Source: Candidatus Obscuribacteraceae bacterium (GTDB taxonomy: Bacteria; Cyanobacteriota; Vampirovibrionia; Obscuribacterales; Obscuribacteraceae). Taken from it: a stretch of 64,000 bases of DNA. Positions 19,301-29,800 of the stretch are shown one piece after another; position 1 is the stretch's first letter; every line of letters starts with the position of its first letter. The notes beneath the pieces are model-generated. The model did no database searches, was not told where the DNA came from, and worked only from the letters and a program-made list of their open reading frames with translations. The translations under genes and the position numbers were made by a program. The stretch covers positions 320,001 to 384,000 of the forward strand of contig JBGAHS010000008.1 of NCBI GenBank assembly GCA_044226015.1, in the 5' to 3' direction.

Positions 19301-21892
19301 AAAGGCGAACTACCGATTTTGTTTTGCAGTCCGACCATGGAACTCGGCGTTGATATAGCCGATCTCAACGTGGTTAATTTGCGTAACATGCCGCCCACTC
19401 CTGCAAACTATTCGCAGCGCTCAGGTCGAGCAGGCAGAAGCGGGCAGCCGGCGATGGTCTTCACCTACTGCAGCAGCACAAGCCAACATGACCAATATTT
19501 CTACCGCCGTCCTGAGCAGATGGTGGCAGGTATCGTAAGCCCGCCGAGACTAGAACTCGCCAATGAAGATTTAGTCAGAGCGCATATGCACTCAATTTGG
19601 TTGGCGGAAACAGGACAAGACCTAAGACGATCATTGAAAGAAATCCTCGATTTAGGCGGACAGAAACCGTCGTTAGAACTGCTCTCAAGTGTTATTGACA
19701 GTTTGCGATCAGATCAAGCGAAGAAGCGCGCTTACACCAGAGCTGCCAACGTATTGAAGAGTATTGAAAACGAAGTTAAAGCATCAGACTGGTACAACGA
19801 TCAATGGCTAGATTCAGTCCTGAAGCAAGCACTTGAGAGATTTGATCTTGCTTGCGAAAGATGGCGTTCTCTGTTCCGAGCAGCTTCAAATCAACGAGAT
19901 ATGCAACACGCAATCGTGGTTGACCATTTGCGGAATCAATATGACAAAGACACTGCAAAGCGGCTTAGAAGAGAAGCTGAATCCCAGATTGATCTTTTGC
20001 TGGATACCAGCAACGTCAGTCAATCCGATTTCTATAGTTACAGATATTTTGCAAGTGAAGGATTCCTGCCTGGCTACAGCTTCCCAAGGTTGCCTCTCTC
20101 AGCATTTATTCCGGCAAGGAAAAAGCAAGATGGACGAGACGAGTTCCTCTCTCGCCCACGTTTTCTTGCAATTTCGGAGTTCGGGCCCCGCAGCATCATT
20201 TATCACGAGGGCGCACGGTACGTTGTTAGCAAGGTTATTCTTCCGGCAACAGACGATGATGGCAATCTGCCGCTGCGAAATGTGAAACAGTGCGAACGGT
20301 GTTCTTACATTCACCCAGTTACTGATGGTGTTGGTGATGATCTTTGTAACCAATGTGGCGCTTCGTTGCCGCTCGCAAGACCAAGAATGTTCAGGCTGGA
20401 AAATGTGGTTACACGACGAAGAGACCGCATAAGCAGCGATGAGGAAGAACGCGTTAGGCAAGGTTATGAACTGAAAACTGGCTTCAGGTTCGCTGAACAC
20501 GGTGGCAGACCTTCTAATAGAATTGCCACGCTAAGATCTCAAGGCGAAGATATTGGCATATTGACCTACGGCGATAGTGCTACTTTGTGGCGCATTAATA
20601 TTGGATGGGCGAGGCGCAAAGATCGAAATGATGTTGGATTTGTGCTCGATACCGAGCGGGGAACCTGGGGAAAGGATCAAAATCAAGCAGCAAACGACGA
20701 CGACGACAATGCCGATCCATTGGGTACAAGAACATCCAAAGTTGTCCCATTCGTTGAAGACCGTCGCAATTGTCTGATTCTACATTTGAATCAAAAACTT
20801 GATGAGGTACAAGTCGCATCACTTCAGTCTGCTCTGAAATCGGCAATACAGGTCATTTATCAACTGGAAGACAGCGAGCTAGCAAGCGAGCCACTGCCAG
20901 ACCGAGAGCAAGCACACGCTTTGTTGTTTTATGAAGCCGCAGAAGGTGGCGCTGGTGTTTTGCGACGCCTGTTAGATAATGCAGAAGAGTTCGGAAATGT
21001 TGCGAAAAAGGCCCTGGAACTCTGCCATTTTGATCCACAAACTCTAGACGATCTTGGAAAGCACCCGCGATCAAAAGAACGATGCGAGGCCGCGTGTTAT
21101 GACTGCCTGATGAGCTATCGCAATCAGAAAGATCATTTGTTCTTAGACAGAGGACAAATCAGAGACCTGCTGGGCACTTTGCGTTCCTGCGAGGTACACG
21201 CGGCACCAGCTCAGCTCAGCCGAGAAGAGCACCTTCAACAGCTAATGCGACTAACAGACTCTGAACTTGAGAGAGAATGGCTGAGGTACTGTGACCACCA
21301 TGGTTATAGATTGCCTTCGCATGCGCAAAAACTTATCGAGAAATGTGGCGCAAAGCCTGACTTCTATTATGACGAAGCTATGGCAGTGGTTTACGTGGAC
21401 GGTCCAATTCATGACTATCCAGATCGCCAAGTTCGTGATGACGAGAAACGCGCTGCCCTGAGAAATGAGGGTTATACAGTTTTGCGATTCAAACATTCCG
21501 AAAACTGGCTGGAAGGATTTTCGTCGAAGGTGTCAGTATTCGGCAAAGCGAAGAAAGCCGTCAAGGCGGAAGAAACAGCAGAAATAATTGACAAAGATCT
21601 GTTCCCAGAGCAGCTGCATAAGTTGCTTGAACTTTTGCAGCATGCAGGCGTTCATGGGATCGAACCCGGTAGCGATGTAATGGACAAAGGCATGGTTGTC
21701 GGACGCTACCATATGGAAATTGGAAACGGTGATGCTAAATCCAGGATCATAATCATTGATGCCGATGATCCAGACAAGGACAAAATTCTTGATGCGCTAA
21801 AGAAAAATGGACACGTAATCCTTGAGTCTGCTCCAGGCACTGAGGAAACCACTGTCAAAACGATTCTGGAAAAGCTCGGAGGTAAGAATTAA
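16373..21892 (+). CDS. SF2 DEAD/DEAH helicase with DUF1998 (MZB) and DUF559/Vsr-like nuclease; resembles a DrmA+DrmB fusion
   Basis: TGTGSGKS, YPMNALANSQ, DELH, SAT, SPTMELGVDI and QRSGRAGR. Then YEAAEGGAG...CEAACYDCLMSYRNQ (DUF1998) and PDFYY...VYVDGPIHD...D...LRNEGYTVLRF (DUF559). Confidence 0.92.
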   Translation: MDVFEVRQSLIDDYANYIGSFFQIKDPRIESKVKTSLEEGLLWPEPLIQLNPSFEPGKWIDELVKEGVLAQECSKIFRKKPQADVDNGPLRLHKHQEEALRTARTGANYVLTTGTGSGKSLAYIVPIVDHIVRNGSGKGVQAIVIYPMNALANSQEGELKKFLENGYPKGKSPVTFRRYTGQESEDTKNEIIANPPDIILTNYVMLELMLTRPSEEKLIAAAKGMKFLVFDELHTYRGRQGADVALLARRVADRVGAERLQFVGTSATLAGGDNYEEKQREVAAVASKIFGAPVHPEHVIGETLRRATPELDFTKNSVITDLASRVSDEEYKLPMDFESFVKEPLSSWLETTFGIKKEANSERLMRTIPMSITGEDGAAKQLSKLTGVDDKVCARTIQRGLLAGYQCAPNPETGFPAFAFRVHQFISRGDTVYSSLESAEARHLTMFGQQFTPEDRTKILLPMCFCRECGQEYYTIRRKKNPKPGERAVEPRVFQDQGHDATGDAGYLYFSETDPWPDDDPTDRLPDDWLEEGKQGARIKSGRKEYLPKAIMLDAGGFESAGGQKYHFVTTPFQFCLSCGVTYNRQRSDFGKLSTLSSEGRSTATTILNLSAILRLRNEETLPSTARKLLSFTDNRQDASLQAGHFNDFVEIGLLRGALYRAVEEAGTNGVSHEVLCQKVFDSLALPVRYYSLDPTVRFQAKIDTDKAFRDLLGYRIYRDLERGWRITAPNLEQCGLLEIEYLSLKDVTEAEDVWQDTHVVLLNAPPVLRMEICKVLLDHMRRELAIQVDYLDPQFQERIQRESNARLRSPWSIDENERMLRSSILYPRSSRGPDGDGSVYLSPRGAVAQFFKKRLQGLLRGHKLDTNDVQAICQQLLNALRIAGLVAVVREPRDNDDVPGYQLRSSGMLWKVGDGKKAYHDPIRVPRPSEEGGKPNFFFVDFYRQTAKDLVGLEGREHTAQVDAGARLEREDQFRKGELPILFCSPTMELGVDIADLNVVNLRNMPPTPANYSQRSGRAGRSGQPAMVFTYCSSTSQHDQYFYRRPEQMVAGIVSPPRLELANEDLVRAHMHSIWLAETGQDLRRSLKEILDLGGQKPSLELLSSVIDSLRSDQAKKRAYTRAANVLKSIENEVKASDWYNDQWLDSVLKQALERFDLACERWRSLFRAASNQRDMQHAIVVDHLRNQYDKDTAKRLRREAESQIDLLLDTSNVSQSDFYSYRYFASEGFLPGYSFPRLPLSAFIPARKKQDGRDEFLSRPRFLAISEFGPRSIIYHEGARYVVSKVILPATDDDGNLPLRNVKQCERCSYIHPVTDGVGDDLCNQCGASLPLARPRMFRLENVVTRRRDRISSDEEERVRQGYELKTGFRFAEHGGRPSNRIATLRSQGEDIGILTYGDSATLWRINIGWARRKDRNDVGFVLDTERGTWGKDQNQAANDDDDNADPLGTRTSKVVPFVEDRRNCLILHLNQKLDEVQVASLQSALKSAIQVIYQLEDSELASEPLPDREQAHALLFYEAAEGGAGVLRRLLDNAEEFGNVAKKALELCHFDPQTLDDLGKHPRSKERCEAACYDCLMSYRNQKDHLFLDRGQIRDLLGTLRSCEVHAAPAQLSREEHLQQLMRLTDSELEREWLRYCDHHGYRLPSHAQKLIEKCGAKPDFYYDEAMAVVYVDGPIHDYPDRQVRDDEKRAALRNEGYTVLRFKHSENWLEGFSSKVSVFGKAKKAVKAEETAEIIDKDLFPEQLHKLLELLQHAGVHGIEPGSDVMDKGMVVGRYHMEIGNGDAKSRIIIIDADDPDKDKILDALKKNGHVILESAPGTEETTVKTILEKLGGKN

Positions 21893-23973
21893 TGGCAGTT
21901 GCACTAGCAAATAGTTTCCTGGGATCGCTGATCGGGCTGAATCGAGGCGAGCAAAAATCAGCTGCAGAATTTGTGGACAAGTTTCAGGCGAATCCAGCGC
22001 ATCCGGGGCTCAGCTTAGAGCGTATTGTGCACGGAAAAGAAAAAAACTTATGGTCAGGCCGAGTCACGCAGGGACTTCGAGCCATCTTACATAAGGAAGG
22101 CGACTTCTGGAGCATTCTTTATGTTGGTCAACACGACGACGCCTATCACTGGGCAGAACGTCGCTCGGTTGAACGCAATCCACGGACGGGCGCTTTGCAA
22201 GTAGTTGTGGCTCCTGAGACCGTAACTGAAAAACTCTCTGAGTACAAAGCTCCGGAGACTCAGCCACCTCTTTTCAAGAAATTCCAGGACGACTACTTAT
22301 TGAGCCTCGGCTTACCGGAGAGTTGGTTGCCAGCCATTCGACTGCTAAAAACTGATGAGCAATTGCTGGAGATAGTCGCAGATCTCCCAGAGGAAGTTGC
22401 CGAAAGATTGCTTGATCTCTCGGCAGGCAAAGTTGTAGCCCCGCCGTTGCCAATTGCTGCAGACAAACCTGTTTTGGAATCTGAAGATACTCAAAGAAGA
22501 TTCTATGTGATTGAAGACAGCGAAGAGTTATTGAGAATGCTTTCCGCGCCCATGTCCACGTGGCTTGGATTCTTGCATCCTTCTCAGCGAAAAATTGTAA
22601 GCGGAAAATACAACGGTCCTGTCAAAGTGACTGGTTCAGCAGGCACTGGAAAAACTGTTGTAGGAATGCATAGAGCCAGACATTTGGCCAGGCAAGGAAA
22701 AAACGTTCTGCTAACAAGTTATGTAGGAACGCTCTGCGATAACATTCAAGAAAGTCTCAAGTTGCTTTGCAGTAATGAAGAGCTAAAAAGGATCACGGTT
22801 GATACAGTGCACGCTCAAGCTTTGCAGCTGATCAGAGCATCCGGTGAAAGACTTACGATTGTGGATGACAAAGAGATAGCAAAGCTGCTGGAACAGTTTC
22901 ACTGGGGCGGTTGTCCGATGGACGCCAGGACGCTTCATAGTGAATGGATCGAGATTATTCAATCACAAGGAATAAAAACCTGGGATCAGTATAGAGATGC
23001 CAACAGAAAGGGGCGAGGACACGCACTTGGCGTTAAAGATCGCAAGCTGGTCTGGCAGGTTTTTGAACAGGTGTTCCAAAGATTCTCTCAGAACGGCATG
23101 TGTGATTGGTCTTCGCTCTGTCAACGCGCACGCGATCTGATAGATTCAGGCAAAGCAAAGAGTAAATACAATGCCGTAATTGTAGATGAAGTCCAGGATC
23201 TGCGCCCGCAAGAAATTCGATTTCTAGCAAGCTTAGCAAAAGACGAAAAAGATGGACTCATGTTGCTGGGTGACGGCGGGCAACGTATTTACGGTAAGAA
23301 GATCTCATTGAAAGCCATGAACGTGGATGTGCGAGGACGATCACACATTCTCAAAGTCAACTATCGAACAACGGCACAAATTCGCGCTTTTGCCGAGCGA
23401 CTGTTGCAAACCGATGGCGATGACCTGGATGAAGGAGCGGAAGATCGCAGCGATACAAAGAGTTTGCTACGTGGACCAGAACCGCAGCTGACAGGCTTTG
23501 AATCCGTCGAGGGAGAAGCTGAGTTCATTTGCAAGACAATCAGCGAGACGATCAAAGAAGGAGTTGCTGCGGAGGACATTGCAATATTTGGACGAACCAA
23601 TGATCTGTTGGCTCCAATCGAAAAGTGCATCAAGAACAAGAAGTTGGATTTCCGTTATTTGAAAAACGAAGGTGCTGCCGCAAACGCAGTGGTTCCTGGT
23701 GTAAATCTTGGGACTATGCACAGAGCAAAAGGGCTGGAGTTCAAAGTCGTATTTGTTGCAGGCGTTTCAACGGAGAACTTGCCTTTACCAGTTGCATTGC
23801 GTGCGGTCAAAGATCCAAATGATAGAGGCGACGTTATAGAACTAGAAAGACATCTTCTGTATGTGAGTGCAACAAGAGCGCGTGATGAGGTGTTCATTAC
23901 TTGGGTAGGAAAGCCCAGCGAGTTTCTAGAAGCTGAAGTCAATCAAAAACAACTTACAGGCGCCAGGAGGTAA
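21892..23973 (+). CDS. UvrD/SF1 helicase with N-terminal RelE-like domain
   Basis: N-terminal KFQANPAHPGLSLERI...LWSGRVTQGLRAIL...LYVGQHDDAYHWA; GSAGTGKT, VDEVQD, GDGGQRIY, VNYRTT, TMHRAKGLEF and LLYVSATRARD. TAATG overlap with the upstream gene. Confidence 0.92.
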   Translation: MAVALANSFLGSLIGLNRGEQKSAAEFVDKFQANPAHPGLSLERIVHGKEKNLWSGRVTQGLRAILHKEGDFWSILYVGQHDDAYHWAERRSVERNPRTGALQVVVAPETVTEKLSEYKAPETQPPLFKKFQDDYLLSLGLPESWLPAIRLLKTDEQLLEIVADLPEEVAERLLDLSAGKVVAPPLPIAADKPVLESEDTQRRFYVIEDSEELLRMLSAPMSTWLGFLHPSQRKIVSGKYNGPVKVTGSAGTGKTVVGMHRARHLARQGKNVLLTSYVGTLCDNIQESLKLLCSNEELKRITVDTVHAQALQLIRASGERLTIVDDKEIAKLLEQFHWGGCPMDARTLHSEWIEIIQSQGIKTWDQYRDANRKGRGHALGVKDRKLVWQVFEQVFQRFSQNGMCDWSSLCQRARDLIDSGKAKSKYNAVIVDEVQDLRPQEIRFLASLAKDEKDGLMLLGDGGQRIYGKKISLKAMNVDVRGRSHILKVNYRTTAQIRAFAERLLQTDGDDLDEGAEDRSDTKSLLRGPEPQLTGFESVEGEAEFICKTISETIKEGVAAEDIAIFGRTNDLLAPIEKCIKNKKLDFRYLKNEGAAANAVVPGVNLGTMHRAKGLEFKVVFVAGVSTENLPLPVALRAVKDPNDRGDVIELERHLLYVSATRARDEVFITWVGKPSEFLEAEVNQKQLTGARR

Positions 23974-23978
23974 AGGGA

Positions 23979-26819
23979 ATGCCAGAGTACGCAGTCGGAA
24001 GTCTCGTCAAGGCTAGAGGGAGAGAATGGGTAGTGCTCCCCGAATCCACTGAAAAGCTGCTTCTAGTTCGGCCGCTCGGTGGAACTGAAGATGAGTCGAC
24101 AGGTATTCTGACTTCGCTTGAAGAAGTGGTGCCCGCCAAATTTGCACTGCCTGGACCAAAAGACCTGGGAGATTTCAAATCATGCAAGTTATTGCGTGAT
24201 GCAGTGCGAATTGGATTCCGGTCCAGTGCTGGTCCATTTCGTTCCTTCGGACGCATAGCTGTTGAACCGAGACCATACCAGCTGGTACCGCTCCTGATGG
24301 CTTTGAAGCTCGACCCGGTAAGAATGTTAGTAGCAGATGACGTTGGAATCGGAAAGACCGTGGAAGCTGCGTTGATCGCACGAGAGCTCCTGGACCGAGG
24401 GGAAGCGAGACGACTAGCGGTGATCTGCCCACCTCACCTCGCTGAACAATGGCAACTGGAACTGAAAGACAAATTTCATATTGATGCAGAGTTAGTTCTT
24501 TCAAGTACAGCTGCCAGACTGGAGCGTTTTTGTGCACCAGGTCAGTCGCTCTTCGAAGTCTTTCCATTCGTAATAGTCTCTATGGATTACATCAAATCGG
24601 AATCAAGACGAAGCGAATTTGTTCGAAGCTGCCCAGAATTGGTTATTGTCGATGAAGCACACACCTGTGCTTACAGCCCGGGTGGCAGAGGTGGCAGGCA
24701 CCAGCGGTATCAGTTATTGAAGGAACTTTCACTAAAGAATTCAGATCGGCACATGATTCTAGTGACCGCTACTCCACACTCCGGAAATGAGGATGCATTT
24801 CGATCTTTACTTTCAATCCTAAATCCAGAATTTGAGTCATTGCCGTCAGACCTAAGCGGAGAAGAAAATGTAGAACACAGGCGGAATTTGGCGAAATACT
24901 TCGTACAGCGAAGACGTGGCGACATCAAGAGTTACATGGGATCGGAAACACTCTTTCCGCAGCGCATCGAGAAAGAGGAGACCTTTAGGCTCTCGGATGA
25001 ATACAAGAAGTTGTTCGACAAGGTGCTCGCATATGCACAAGAATCTGTTCAGGATGAACAAGACGGCTCCCATCGGCAGCGTGTCCGCTGGTGGTCCGCA
25101 CTTGCATTATTGCGTTCACTAGCATCAAGTCCGGCGGCTGCAATGTCAACACTCTTGAACCGAGCTTCGACTGCAGAAACCACTACATTGGAGGAAGCAA
25201 ACCAAGTAGGAAGGCAAACAATCTTGGACCTTGACGGCGATGATGCAGCGGAACGAATGGATTGTATCCCTGGCAGCGATTTCCTTGATGATGCTGACAA
25301 CAGTTCCCCAGAGAAAAAACGCCTTCGGGAGATGGCTAAGCTCGCAGAACAACTCAAAGGAAGCAAGGACACAAAACTGCAGAATCTGGTGCTTGTTCTT
25401 GAGCAACTTCTCAAAGACGGATGTAACCCAATAGTTTTTTGCCGCTTTGTCGATACAGCTGACTATGTAGCTGATGAACTCAGAAAACGCCTCAAAGGAG
25501 TCGAGGTGAGTTCTGTTACCGGCACATTACCTCCGGTAGATAGAGAAGAACGAGTTGCAGAACTGAGCAAATCAAATAAGCGCGTGCTTGTATGTACTGA
25601 TTGTCTCAGTGAAGGAATCAATCTACAAAAGGACTTCGATACTGTAATTCATTATGATCTTTCATGGAATCCGACGCGACATGAACAAAGAGAAGGCCGC
25701 GTGGATAGATACGGACAGCCCAAAGAACAGGTAAGAGTAATTACTTATTACGGTACTGATAATAAGATCGATGGAATTGTTCTTGATGTTCTCATAAGAA
25801 AACACAAGACAATCAGAAGTTCGCTTGGAATTTCTGTGCCGGTGCCAGCTGATACAAATCAAGTCTTAGAAGCTATCTTCGAAGGACTCCTGCTTAGGGG
25901 CAAGCCTGTAAAGGAAACGCGAGGTGACAAGAGAGCGGCACCGGAGGATGTGTTCCAGCTACAACTTTTCGAGCCTGAGAAAAAGGCTTTATATGAGGAA
26001 TGGGAGGTCGCCGCAGAAAGAGAGAAGCGTTCACACCAAAGTATGTTTGCGCAGCAGACAATCAAAGTTGAAGACGTATCACGTGAACTTGAGTCAGCTC
26101 GTAAAGCTATTGGGTTCGGCATGGATTTGCGCGCGTTTGTTACAGATGGATTAATGGCCCATAAGGCGGTTGTGTCTGGCAAACAGCGAATATCTGTAGA
26201 CCTGCAAAACATTCCGCAAGCGCTTAAAGAATCCATTGGAAGAGACGAAAATTTCGTCGCGAGATTTGAACCGCCGATTGAGAGTGATGAACTGCTGCTA
26301 TGTCGGACACATCCAGTCGTTGAAGGATTAGCGAATTTTGTTATGGGATCAGCTCTCGATTCATTGAAAGAGGCAGTTGCCAAAAGAGCTGGAGTCATAA
26401 GGACTAAAGATGTTTCGACGCGAACCACAATGCTCGTGCTTAGAGGGCGTTATCACATCGTCACTAAAAAGCAATCTGGTGACTCACGACTATTAGCCGA
26501 AGACTGTATTCTCGCAGCTTTCAGTGGTGCTCCAGAAAATCCTGTATGGCTCGATTCTAACTTGGCTGAGAGTTTGCTGACTGCCAATGTTAATGCCAAC
26601 ATTGCTGCAGACTTGGCGGAAGAGTTCATAACTGAAGTCGTCGATTCCTATGATGCTTTGGAACCAGCACTTGAGAAAGTGATGTCGATGCGAGCCGATG
26701 AATTATTGGATGCTCATCGAAGAGTTCGTGTGGCGTCCAAGAACCGAGGAATTAAGTACGAGGTACATTCAGAATCTGTCGATGTCCTTGCGCTATACGT
26801 TTTTCTTCCACTGAACTGA
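23979..26819 (+). CDS. SNF2-family helicase (DrmD-like)
   Basis: GSLVKARGREWVV, RPYQLVP, ADDVGIGKT, DEAH, TATPHSG, SEGINLQ and WNPTRHEQREGRVDR. Confidence 0.92.
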   Translation: MPEYAVGSLVKARGREWVVLPESTEKLLLVRPLGGTEDESTGILTSLEEVVPAKFALPGPKDLGDFKSCKLLRDAVRIGFRSSAGPFRSFGRIAVEPRPYQLVPLLMALKLDPVRMLVADDVGIGKTVEAALIARELLDRGEARRLAVICPPHLAEQWQLELKDKFHIDAELVLSSTAARLERFCAPGQSLFEVFPFVIVSMDYIKSESRRSEFVRSCPELVIVDEAHTCAYSPGGRGGRHQRYQLLKELSLKNSDRHMILVTATPHSGNEDAFRSLLSILNPEFESLPSDLSGEENVEHRRNLAKYFVQRRRGDIKSYMGSETLFPQRIEKEETFRLSDEYKKLFDKVLAYAQESVQDEQDGSHRQRVRWWSALALLRSLASSPAAAMSTLLNRASTAETTTLEEANQVGRQTILDLDGDDAAERMDCIPGSDFLDDADNSSPEKKRLREMAKLAEQLKGSKDTKLQNLVLVLEQLLKDGCNPIVFCRFVDTADYVADELRKRLKGVEVSSVTGTLPPVDREERVAELSKSNKRVLVCTDCLSEGINLQKDFDTVIHYDLSWNPTRHEQREGRVDRYGQPKEQVRVITYYGTDNKIDGIVLDVLIRKHKTIRSSLGISVPVPADTNQVLEAIFEGLLLRGKPVKETRGDKRAAPEDVFQLQLFEPEKKALYEEWEVAAEREKRSHQSMFAQQTIKVEDVSRELESARKAIGFGMDLRAFVTDGLMAHKAVVSGKQRISVDLQNIPQALKESIGRDENFVARFEPPIESDELLLCRTHPVVEGLANFVMGSALDSLKEAVAKRAGVIRTKDVSTRTTMLVLRGRYHIVTKKQSGDSRLLAEDCILAAFSGAPENPVWLDSNLAESLLTANVNANIAADLAEEFITEVVDSYDALEPALEKVMSMRADELLDAHRRVRVASKNRGIKYEVHSESVDVLALYVFLPLN

Positions 26820-26827
26820 GGTCGATC

Positions 26828-29800
26828 ATGAGAACATCAAAGAAAGACCGATTTATTACAATACGCTCGGAAGGTGGGCTGTTGCCACTCGACTTCCTGG
26901 AGAGAGTGGCTTTACTTGATCAAGAAATCAGCGGTTTGACACCGGCAGACTATCACTTGTTGGAACATGAAAAGATCAACGAGTCTATAAATAGAGCTTG
27001 GGACAGACTGCTTGGTTGCTGGGTTTCCTTCAAATCAGCTACAAAGAATGCAAACGAGGATGATCCACTAATTCGAGAAACGCGGGAGCGCTGGCTGCTT
27101 CCCCTTTTTGATGCACTGGGTTATGGAAGACTTACACCATGCAAATCGATTGAACTTGATGGGAGAAACTTCCAAATCAGTCACATGTGGCAAAAAATGC
27201 CACTGCATCTCGTGGGAGCTGGGGTAGAGCTTGATCGCAGAACAGCAGGTGTCGCGGGCGCGGCAAGATCTGCTCCACACGGAATGGTGCAGGATTTCCT
27301 TAATCACTCGGATGAGCACTTGTGGGCGTTTGTTTCAAACGGCAGGAAACTCAGGATACTGCGCGACAATGTGAGTCTTACTCGGCAAGCATTCGTCGAA
27401 TTTGATCTCGAAGGAATGATGGACGGTGAACAATTCTCTGATTTCCGCGTCCTGTACTTACTTTGCCACCAGTCACGAGTTGAACAAGAGAAGAGTCAGG
27501 ATTTCTGGTTGGAGAGATGGACAGCAGCTGCTCAGCTAAGCGGAGTCAGAGTTAGGGAAGAGCTTGGAAGAGGTGTTGAAGAAGCAATCTCAGCTCTCGG
27601 GACGGGACTCTTGCAACATCCCGCCAATTCTGAATTGCGTAGTAAGCTGAAGTCAGGAAATTTATCTGCACAAGACTTCTATAGGCAGATTCTCAGAACT
27701 GTTTATCGTTTACTTTTCCTCTTCGTTGCCGAAGATCGCGGTGCTCTGCTGAGGCGTGAATCTTCAATCGAAGCACGCAAGACATATACCGATTATTACT
27801 CTACCCAACGTATTCGTGAAATGGCAGGCTCGCGAAAGGGGAGCCATCATCATGACCTTTGGCAGCTACAGAGGCTAGTATTCGAAAGCCTCGGACAAGA
27901 ATCTGGATGTCCTGAGCTTGCCCTACCAGCATTAGGTAGCTTCCTCTGGTCTCGTGACTCCGTCAAGGAAATTGCTGCGTGCGAACTTAGCAACAGAAAT
28001 TTTCTAAGCGCAGTTTTTGCTCTAGCTTTTACAGAGGAAGGCAAAGCAAAGCGAGCCGTCGATTTCAAGAATCTCAAAACAGAAGAACTAGGAAGTGTTT
28101 ATGAAGCACTGCTTGAAATGCATCCTCACGTGGATCTCGAAAACAACAGGTTCGGCCTTTTCGGCGAAAGTGGAAGTGAGCGGAAAAAGACGGGAAGCTA
28201 TTACACGCCTGCGAGTCTCGTGTCCTGTTTGATTGATTCAGCAATGAATCCGATTATTGAAAGGATTTCCAAAAAGACAAACGCAAAAGACTTACTACTT
28301 GCTGTGAAAATCTGCGATCCCTCTTGCGGCAGTGGGCACTTCCTGCTTGCTGCAGCTAACCGTCTAGCAAGAGCTCTTGCCGCAGCCAGATCTGAGGACG
28401 TTGAACCGTCTCCAGAGGCTTATAGAATTGCGCTCCGAGATGTCATATCAAACTGTATCTATGGCGTTGACCTCAACGAAATGTCTGTAGAGCTTTGCAA
28501 AGTAAATCTTTGGCTTGAATCTGTTGATGCAGAGCGGCCGCTTTCGTTTCTCGACAATAAAATCAAATGCGGAAACAGCCTGCTTGGGACGACACCGGCG
28601 CTCATAGCTGAGGGAATTCCCGACGACGCTTTTGAACCAATCGAAGGAGATGACAAAACATTCGCCAGGCAGGTGAAAAAGGCAAACAAGGAGCAATCCC
28701 AGGGGCAGTTGCACATTTCCGCGCTAGACCGAAAGAACGAGTACGCAGTTCTATCTAACGAAAGGTCAAAGATTGGCGCTCTTGCAGAAAACTCTTTGCA
28801 AAGCGTTCATCTAAAAGAAGAAAACTATGCTGGGCTAATTGATAGTGAGCAGTACAAGAAAGAGAAATTCTTGTGCGATGCCTGGTGTTCAGCATTTGTC
28901 TGGCCACTAAGACCGGGCGGTCCACAACCTATAACTCGTGCAATGTTTTCATTGGCGGCTTCGGATCGTAGCAGGCTGGCACCAGCAATAGTCAATGAGG
29001 TTGCCACTCTGGCTGCTCGGTATCGTTTTTTTCATTGGCACTTGGAGTTTCCCGAAGTATTTTTTGCACAGAATAGTGTTCCAGAATCAAATTCTCGGCA
29101 TGGCTGGACAGGAGGATTTGATGTTGTTTTAGGCAATCCTCCTTGGGAACGTATTAAGTTGCAGGAAGAGGAATGGTTTGCAGCGCGCGTGCCTGAAATT
29201 GCACAGGCAAGGACGGCAGCTATCCGCGGAAAAATGATCAAAGAGCTTCAGCATAGCGATGAGGAATTGTTCAACGAATTCATTAGAGATAGAAGGCAAG
29301 CTGAGGGCGAAAGCCATTTCGTGAGAAAAAGTGGTCGCTTTCCTTTGTGCGGACGAGGTGACATCAATACATATTCGATCTTTGCAGAGACTATGCGCGA
29401 TCTTATGTCACCAGTCGGTTACGCTGGCTTTATTGTGCCCTCCGGCATAGCCACTGACGATACTACTAAACTGTTTTTCCGCAGTTTGGTTGAAAGTAAA
29501 TCCTTAAGAAGTCTTTTCGATTTCGAAAATAGAAAGGCAATTTTTTCAGGCGTACACAGGAGCTATAAATTTTCTTTAGTAACACTCGCTGGTTTAGAAG
29601 CTGCAAAACCGGATGCCCAAACCGACTTCGTTTTCTTTGCATTAGGCACCGAAGACTTGGCCGACGAGGACAAACACTTCAAATTGTCGGCTGCTGACAT
29701 AGCCCTACTCAATCCGAATACCGGGACCTGCCCGATTTTTCGTAGCAAGACTGATGCTGAGTTGACGAAAAAACTCTATCGACGAGTTCCGGTATTTGTA

